A stretch of DNA of 64,000 bases from Amoebophrya sp. A120. Lineage: Eukaryota > Protista > Dinoflagellata. The DNA is taken from NCBI GenBank assembly GCA_905178155.1, contig CAJINV010000002.1, positions 4,157,214 through 4,221,213 on the forward strand, read 5' to 3'. The translations under genes and the position numbers were made by a program. The notes beneath the pieces were generated by a model. The model was not told the origin of the DNA. It did no database searches and worked only from the letters and a program-made list of their open reading frames with translations. Below, one piece after another: positions 51,901 through 60,900 of the stretch (the first letter of the stretch is position 1; each line of letters starts with the position of its first letter).

Positions 51901-54900
51901 GCTATGTCCGCTCTCTGTTTCTCCGGCTACCGCGCGAGGCCTCATTTTGCCCGTAGGCAGTGCGAAGGCTGGGAAGCTTGAAGAAGCTTGAAAAAATTGG
52001 CCGGCTTTTCCGAAAACTCGAAGCCGCAAAGGGGTGCGCTGGCCAGCCTTACCCGCTCTGCTCAATGCTTCTCCGCCTACCGCGCGAAGCCCCCCCCCCT
52101 GGGCCGGCCGCATTTTGGGCGTAGCTAATACGAGGGCAAGGGATCTCGAAAAAAGTCTGCGGAGCTTTTTCGTGGGCCGCTTTTCCGAAAACCGGAGGCC
52201 GCAATCGCAGCTAGCAGTCTGTCCAGCTGGTCAGCTCTGGCCCGCTCCGTTCCGTGCTTCTCCGGCGATCGCGCGAAGCCCCGCGGCCGCGTTTTTTTTT
52301 TGGCCGCGCGCCCGTAGGTAATGCGGCGGCGGGGAATCTTGGAAAGCTTGGAAACTTTTTCCAGTTTGGGCCCCTCTGCCGAAAACCCAAGGCCGCAAGC
52401 AAAGCAGTGCAGCGGGCCAACCTTGCCCCGCTCTGTTCCTTGCCTCCCCGACTATCGCCCTGGCCTCGTGCCTCGGCCCTTGCTCTCATGCGAGAGAGCG
52501 GCGCCCAGCGTCCAGATTTGTTCGGCGAACTTCGCAGCGCTCGGCCTACGCCTCTGGGGCGGTGGCATTTCTGAACCGGGCGCACCACAGTCCAACGCCG
52601 TCGCCTGTCTGTCGCCGTCGCCTGAAGCCGAAACCCCAGGCCGAACCCCCAGGCCGAATCCTCAAGCCGAAACCGAAGCCAAGGGCCCGCGTGGGGACCC
52701 TGTCCCCACGCTCGGACCTTGTTTGTCATGCTGATTTACCTTAAGAAAAATATTTGTAATGCAAGACTTGCATATATACGAGTACGATACCTTTGCACAG
52801 GATACTGCACTATGGGGAGCAACTGGCACAGGAGCGGCGCTACGCAAAGCACGTGGCCGACGGGGGACTTGCCGGAGACCGCGGCGTATGCAGTGCAAAT
52901 ATGTCCTCTGGGTCCAGAAGACGGAAAGGTTTGTCATGCTCGGCCAGCATGAGCCACAAGTCTGTCATGCGCTTTAATTAGTACAACCCAAATAACTACG
53001 ACCGAGCTTTCTGTCATGCAGAAACGCAGTTTGCCATGCTGAATAGGCAACTACTTACACCTACCAGCTCAAATGAAATTTGTCATGCTTGGTTGTCTAC
53101 TATTGAGGCGTTCGCATCATTGTCCAATCCGCATCACAAATTTCCAAACGCAGACATTGTATTTGCAACTGATACGGCGCCGCAGCGGCCCCGGGGGATG
53201 AAAAGGAGGATTTGTGGCGCCGGAAGCTGTATGCATTGCAAAAGTATCGTACTCGTATAAATGGTGCATTACAAATCTCCTCAGCATGAGAAATAAAATT
53301 TGTAATGCGGATTTACCTTAAGCAAAGGATTTGTATATGCATGATTGCAATTACTACGAGTACGATACTTTTGCACAGGATAAGCTCTGGGCCGGGTTCT
53401 TCGAGGAGAAGGTGCACCGGCATTCTATGCAGAGGAAAAACGTCATCATCCCATAGTCCTCAAGTTGGGAAATCTGCAAGACAAGAAGTCAACAAGCTTT
53501 GGCCGTTCCGCATGACAAGTTCTTTGGGCTCGCAATGTACAACTTCTAGTCGTCTTTAGCTAGAAGTGCAGCAGCAACAGCATCACAGATCTAGCACGAC
53601 GAGGACCTGATGCTGTTGATTGGAGTTCATCATGGGGCTCCGCATGAGACGAGACAGTTTCAGCATGCAGATTTGCATGACAACTTTGGGGATTGGACGT
53701 TTTTCCACTGAATAAACTCGACGGACGCGTTTTTTCCTGGTAAGTTTGGCACGGTGGAGAGCTTCACGCTCCCGGGCGAGAAAAAACTGATATCGAGGGT
53801 CCTGTTCCAGCCCGGGCTCCTGAAGCCAAAGCAGTTTTCCGCGCAGGGGGGCAGCTATGGACTGCAAAAGTATCGTACTAGTGTCAATTGCAATACAAAT
53901 TATCTCAGCATTACAATATTAAATTTGTAATGCGGATTTACCTTGACAGCCTAGATTTGTAATGCAGAACTGCAATTAGTACGAGTACGATGCTTGTGCA
54001 CTGCATAGCAGCGCGGCGGCCTCGAAAGTTGCCGAGACGGACGCTGGGTTTTTCGCCTCGGACGTCGTCGCGCGGCGGATCAAGAAAACCGGCGCGAAAG
54101 GGGCGAGGCTGGGGTCGCAAAAAGTGGACAAAATCACGACGCCGATTGTTCTCAGCGAGTACGGATCTGCGGGAATCACCGACGAGTTCGTGCCGTTGAT
54201 TCCGCGGTACGAGGCTATCGACGACCCAGTTTCCATTGCGAGGGCGGAAGAGGCCGGGGAAGAGGCGGAGCGGAACGTATCAAATGTAAAAATGTCTGGG
54301 TCTGGAAGATTGCGAGGTTTGTCATGCAGATTTTCCATGACCCATGAGGTCTGGAATGCAGGACCTAGCATGACAGAGTCTGCGAGGTCTCTGCCATGCC
54401 TATCCCCCATGAGAAACTCCCGCCCAACTTGGTCGAAAGTGGACGGCTTTTGGCACTCATGCAACACAGATTTTTGCAATATTCGGATTTAGCATGACAA
54501 GTTTTAATCTTCCAGACCCAGACATTTTTACAGTTGATAGAACGCCTTACTGGACTACAGCTACGACCGGTCCAACGAGGTGGCGTTGCACGATATGGGT
54601 GTGTCAGGATCGAAATCGTCAAAGTTGAAATAATTTGCCATGCATAAAATGGATGCCAGTTGCCACCAAGAAGTTTCCAAGTGGCGCATGACAAATTTCG
54701 GCGGTCCCTCAATCCAGTTTGTCATGTTGTTTAGGCAAAGCAGGGTGGTTTTCCCATGCTACTTTAGCAGCTCGAGCTGTAAACCCAAACAGGCTCACAA
54801 TCGGCCTCACTTGCCTGCTCTGCAACACGTGCCTCGGGTCATGCATTTTAGGCATTGCATTTGCAAATTATTTCAACTTTGACGATTTCAAGCCTGACGC

Positions 54901-57900
54901 TTCCATACACGATTTCCAGATGTTAGAGCTTTCGAATCAGAACACATTCGCGTCAGAGGGCTACGGGTATTACGGCGACCCCGCGCGAAATATGCTGCAG
55001 GATCGGCTCTGTTACCCCCCGAGCGTGATGGTGGATCCGGTCTTCGAGGTGCTTCCAAGGTATCCTGTGCAAAAGTATCGTACTCGTAGTAATCGCAGTC
55101 ATGCATTACGCATTTCTTTCTCAAGTTAAATTCGCATTACAAATTTTATTTCTCATGCTGAGAAAATTTGTCATGCGATTTATACTAGTACGATGCTTTT
55201 GCATTTCATACAAGGGGCGGTCTGACCATGCGTCAGAACGCCGAGTCCGAACACCGGCGGCTGTACACCGCCACCGCGGGGTTGGTCCGACCCTACCCAT
55301 ACCAGGTGAAGCCGCACGAGACCATATCATATGTTAAAACATCCCCACCCCATAGTCAAGTTGGGAAATCTGCAATACAAATCAACGAGCTTTGCCTGTT
55401 GTGCATGACAAGTTTTGGTTCGCAATGTAACCGCATCGAGCTAGTGCAGCAGCATCACAAAGCTCACTTTGAGTCTGATCCGAGCATCGCAAATTTCAAA
55501 AGAGCACTAGAAAACGCGTCTCATGGAGCGCCGCATAAGAGACCTTTTAAGCATGCCGATTTGCTTAACAACTCTTGGCTGCGTGGGGACGCTTTTCCGC
55601 AGGAGAGACCACCGGCGTCGAGGGCTTCGAGGACGCGCACTACACGGACCCCAAGCCGGCGGATCTGGAGATGTTTGGCAACGACGGAAAGTACTTCCGA
55701 GGCCTGAAGTATGACAGCCTCAGGTTGGAAATCCTCAAAGTGGAAATTACTATTACTATCTATTATAATCATGCGAAAATATGGGTCTAGAGAGGGTAGA
55801 CGAGAGGTGGCCGGGAGGTGAAAAAAAGGTCAAAAGAGGCCAAAAAGAGGTCGACAGAGGTGGAGAGGTGGCGCGGGAGGTAATTCGAGAGGGTGGCCGA
55901 GAGGGGGCGCGAGTATAGCCCGCCGAACCGGTCGCCCTTTAGGGCCGCTAAGCGGCACGGAGGTGGCCGAGAGGTAAAAGAGAGGGCACGCGAGAGGTGG
56001 ACAGGGGTGCCGAGAGGTTGCGCGAATAAGGGGAGGCCTCTCGCGCACCCTCTGGGCCACCTCTCGGCCACCTTTGTAGACCTCTGCCGGCGAGTATAGC
56101 CGGATTATTAGCCACACCTCTCGGAAGAGGTGAAAAGAGGGCCTGCGAGAGGGGTAAAAAAACCTGAATCCGCCCGGGGCAGGGCTGTTTTTTGCGGCCT
56201 TTTCATGCATAGGCCCGAACCCTCTCGCGCACCCTCTCGCGCACCCTCTCGCGCCACCCTCTCGCGCCACCCTCTCGCGCCGGGCGGCTTCTGTTCGCCC
56301 CCGGCGTTCTTTGCAGCTGCCCCCTGCGCCGAGCGCCCGCAGGCGCGGGAAGCGCGCAAGTGGTCCTGCGCGTTGGCGCGGCGCAAACAGGCGGCAGGAC
56401 CCCAGTTGTATGTTTCGTCGTGCATTATATTAGGCGCGTGGCATTATGGTCCGATCGGCAAACAGCCTTGCCCCGGCCAAACAGCCTTGCGCTCCGGCGG
56501 CAGCCGGAGCATGGCTGGTACTTTGTAATGCAAAAAAACGACTCCAGTTGAAGTGGCATTTGTAGTCGGCGCATGGCAAATTTCCCGGGCACTTACAGCA
56601 TGTCTGTCATGCAGGTCAAGGCAAGCGGGTGCCCTTCTGTCGTGCTAAGCAGCACTCCAATTCTTCATACCTAGCAGGACAATAGTCGGCCTCCATTGCG
56701 TCCTCTGCAATACAGTCTTTTTTGCGTCGCATTCCATGCATCGCCAATCATTTCCACTTTGAGGATTTCCATTCTGAGGCTTTCATATGAAGTGGGACTT
56801 GGTCTGGGCGAGCGACCACGCGGCGCAGTTCAGGTCAAGGATGTCCACAGCTAGCGGAGGTGCTGCGACGGGCGGCGCGAGTGCAGCTGGTGCAACGAGC
56901 GGGCCCCGCGGCGGAGCGGACTTCGGACTGGTAGTGCGTCTGTTGCAAGCGAGAAAACAGCGACCTGTAGTCGGGAGCTACGTGAAAGACGAACAAGGCA
57001 CCAGTACGACTTTGGAAGCCCAGGTGGCCGCATATCCCCTGAAAATTAACCATCCCCATCCAATTTGTCATGCAAAACACGTAGCAAATTCTGCGTTCGT
57101 CATGCAAAAAGTGGATGGGGATGGTTAATTTTCAGGGGATACCGCAACGCCGCCGGAGGACCGCCGGTTTGTCTCCTATGGCGGGGGTATCAAGTGCAAA
57201 AATGTCTGGGTCTGGAAGTTTGCCAGGTTCGTCATGCATGTTTTGCATAACGCATGATGCCTGTAAAGCATGTTCTAGCATGACAGATTTCTAAAGGGCC
57301 TTCTGCTGCGTATTCCGCATGAGAAACGCCCACTCCGCGTAGCACAAACTGAATTCCTCTTGCTGGAGGTCATGCAATACAGATTTTTATTTACCTTCCA
57401 AAGACAGCATTACAAATTGCAACCTTCCAGACCCAGACATTTTTGCATTTGATAGGCGGGCCTGCTCGCCACGGGAAGCCTGCCGATTTTCGGAAGAAGG
57501 ACTACTACGTCCTCTCCGAAACAGTATGACAGTACACAGTTCCCCCTCCCCCTCATTTGTATAGCATGAGCGGCAATACAAGCGCCAGCGAAAATGCATG
57601 TTTTGCATGACAGGATAATTGCAGTGCTATTTGGGCTGCCAGAACTTGTCATGCAAACAGTGCTAAGAGGCACACCACAGCCTGGATTGGGCATTTTGCA
57701 TGACAAATGAGTCGGAGGGGGAGTCGTGCACATTCATAAACAGTGATTCCCTTTTACGAGCCGTCCAGCAGCCAGAGCCTGGCCCATGACCCGGCGGCCA
57801 ACGCCGGACACGGTCGGCGCTGGCGGTCGCAAATTGACCTCTGGCCCAAGTGCGGAAAGTCCGTGCTGGCCCTGCGCGACCTGATGCTCCAGCAAACTTT

Positions 57901-60900
57901 GACGAAAACACTGGTGCACCCAGTAAGCAAGGAAAAAACAAAAAGTGTATACAGTTACACACTGTGTTGCAAAATATGCAAGACAGACGACCTCTGTCAT
58001 GCGCAAAAAGCATGCGAATCTTGTTTCGTGTGTGTTTTGCCTTCTTGTGATCTCTGCATGATAAGTTTTCTCCGTCTGCATGATAAGTTTTCTCCGCAAA
58101 TCTGTGATGCTGGATTCACCACTAATAATGTGGAACTGTAACACTAACACTTTTTCCCGTGGATACCCAGAAACGAGGGTTTATTACCAAGTGGGATACC
58201 GGATCCCGAAACACCTGCGTCTGGATATGGTGTTCTCAAACGTTACATGCTCAACTGTTACATGAATCTGTAATGCAAGAATGGCAAAAACCAAAGGGGG
58301 AAGATTGCAAAAACTGCATTACAAACCCCACGCAGATTTAGGCGGTGTTTAGCCCTTCGCAAATTTGTCATGCGAAGCAGCTTGATCTTGTGGATGATGA
58401 TGGTAGTTTTGCATGACAAATTCATCGGCCTTTCTGACCCTAGATCTCCTGCGGCCGTAGCTGCTTGCGGCGACGGTGCAAAGGTTTTCGATGTGGCGCA
58501 GTCGGGTACTATGCATGACAAATTCATGCAACAGTTGAGAATTATGTAACGTTTGAGAACTCCATACTGGACATTCAGAAGCTCACGGTGTATGGGGTTT
58601 ACTATGCGCCGAGCGCAGTTTATTCCAGAGAAAAAAGCAGGCAGGGCGTATTTGTAATGCGAAAATAAATAAGTACGCAGAAAGATCTGCCATGGGTGGG
58701 CCCACAGCATGCTGCTTAGGATATGCAATACAGATTTTTTTGTGTAAGTATTTATTTTTGCATTTTTACAAACGGAAACGTGACCTGCCTGCTTTTTTCT
58801 GTGTGATACAGTTCCCCACATCTCGGAGAGCACGACCGGGGGCCGAATCGCCACTATCCTATGTAAAAACGTCCCCACACCAGAGTCAGGATGGGGATTT
58901 TGCAACACAAACCTAGGAGTTTTGTGAGTCACGCATGACAAGATGCACTCCGCAGTGTAGTGCTGGTTAGCAAGTGCAGCCGCATCACAGATTCATCTGC
59001 TCATCCTGTTCACAGCATCACAAATTCCAAAACACGATTGGAAATGGCTCTCATGGGGATGCGCATTACAAGTCTTCCTGTCTTTGCAAATCTGCATTAC
59101 AACTCTGGTGTGGGTACGCTTTTACTCAGGATAGCCACCGCCACAGGGACGGGGGGACCTGCCCACGACTCCTTCACAGCCTCTATCAAATGTAAAAATG
59201 TCTGGGTGTGGAAGGGTTGGAACTTGTGCTGCAAACTCTGGAACACACAAAAATTTGTGTTGCATGAGCGCCAAAAGCTGTCCACTTCTTGGCACGCAAG
59301 TAGGAAGTTTCTCATGCGGGAGAGGCATCATGAGGCGTGCTCAAAACCTGTGATGCTTTTGCCTGCATCAGACGCCATTTGCGTGATCCGAAATATGCAT
59401 GACAAATCTCGCAATCTTCCAGACCCAGACATTTTTACATTTGATAGCCTCGAGTACGTCACGAATCACTTCGGAATACATGGTGTCCGGGGTGCACGGC
59501 CAGTCCTGCCACCGCACCTGCATGCTCGCGAACGGGCGCGTGTGCAATCCGCTTGTGCCGGTCAGTATGCATTGCAAAAGTATCGTACCTACGTAGTAAT
59601 TGCAGTTATGCATTACAGGTCCCTTTCTTAAGGCAAATCAGCATGAGAAATTCCATTCGTCATGCTAAGAAAATTTGTCATGCAATTTACACTTGGTACG
59701 ATGCTTTTGCAATGCATAGTCAGCGACTACGACAGCGACACGAAGATGACCGACGACTTGCACATATCCTGTGCAAAAGTATCGTACTCGTATTGCAATC
59801 ATGCATTTACAAATTTTCTTTTGAAGGTAAATCCGCATTACAAATTTCATTCCTCATGCTGAGGAAATTTGTAATGCATTTATACGAGTACGATACTCTT
59901 GCAATTCATAGCACAGTGAGATGGGGATCACGGCGTCCAGCGTGTGCGGCAGCGACATTATCCTGTGCAAAAGTATCGTACTCGTACAAATGCAAGTCTT
60001 GCATTTACAAATCTTGTCTCCAAGGCAAATCTGCATTCCAAATTCTATTTGTATTTCTCATGCTGGGGAAATTTGTAATGCATTTGTACGAATGCGATGC
60101 TTTTGCACAGGATAGACATTTCCGCGGAGGACACGCTGATCAACACCGTGGGCACCGGGAACAAACTATGGATTGTAAAAATGTCTGGGTCTGGAAGAAT
60201 GCAAGATTTGTGATGCAGGTTTTCCAGGACCCATGAGGTCTGGAATGCGAAACCCAGCATGACAGATTCTTCGAGATGATCACTATCATGCCTTTCGTGC
60301 ATGAGAGACTCCCTCTCAACTTGGTCAAAAGCGGCCAGCTTTTGGTACTCACGCAACACAGATTTTTTCATCATTCAGATTTAGCATGGCAAGTTATGGT
60401 CTTGCAGACCCAGACATTTTTGCATTTGATACAAACCCGGATCGCCCAAAATCATGCGGGGCTCGACGCACAGCGGCGCCCTGAAGTGTGTGCGCACTTT
60501 ATCAAAGTGAAAAAAGCCCCCACCCCATACTCAAAAGACAATTTGTGTTGCTGGATTTGTGTACACAAGTGAGCTTTGTATTGCAGCAGGAGCTTGTCGG
60601 CATATGCTGAGCCCATTTATTGGGCATTCATCCGGCTAGCAGCGGAGCATGAGAAACAAGTCTGACAGAGGCGAAAACGCATGACAGACTCGCTGTACAA
60701 TGCACCACATGGGTGCCGTTTGCCTTGTACGCAAGGCAGAGCTTACTTGTGGTCACAAATCACCATCACAAATGTCCTTTTTGACGTGGGGAGGGGGGAT
60801 TTTTCCTTTTGATACACCTCCGAGCCCACGGCGTCCTTTGCGTTTCCGCACGGCGGGTGCGCGGTGGTGCAGCGGAACGTGCCGGCTGCCACAGTATGAC

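Larger units (their letters stand above)
43828..52721 (+). mobile_element. 8.9-kb non-autonomous Helitron-like element (possibly composite)
   Basis: Host GAAATAAAA|TTTGTCATGC rejoins without TSD; starts TTAATA; perfect hairpin GCGTGGGGAC-CCT-GTCCCCACGC (52689-52711); ends CTTG|T. Confidence 0.78.
43762..52804. mobile_element. Introner A inflated to 9 kb by a nested element
   Basis: TSD ctgca; exons join as PDPTLHYGEQ. Confidence 0.87.

Noticed and set aside
45920-52729. Long ORFs of up to 341 aa on both strands
   Set aside because: Products of GC-rich tandem repeats, open in several frames, with no domain motifs.
57923-58170. Apparent canonical GTAAGC...CCCAG intron
   Set aside because: Using those ends removes one base too many and shifts the frame.
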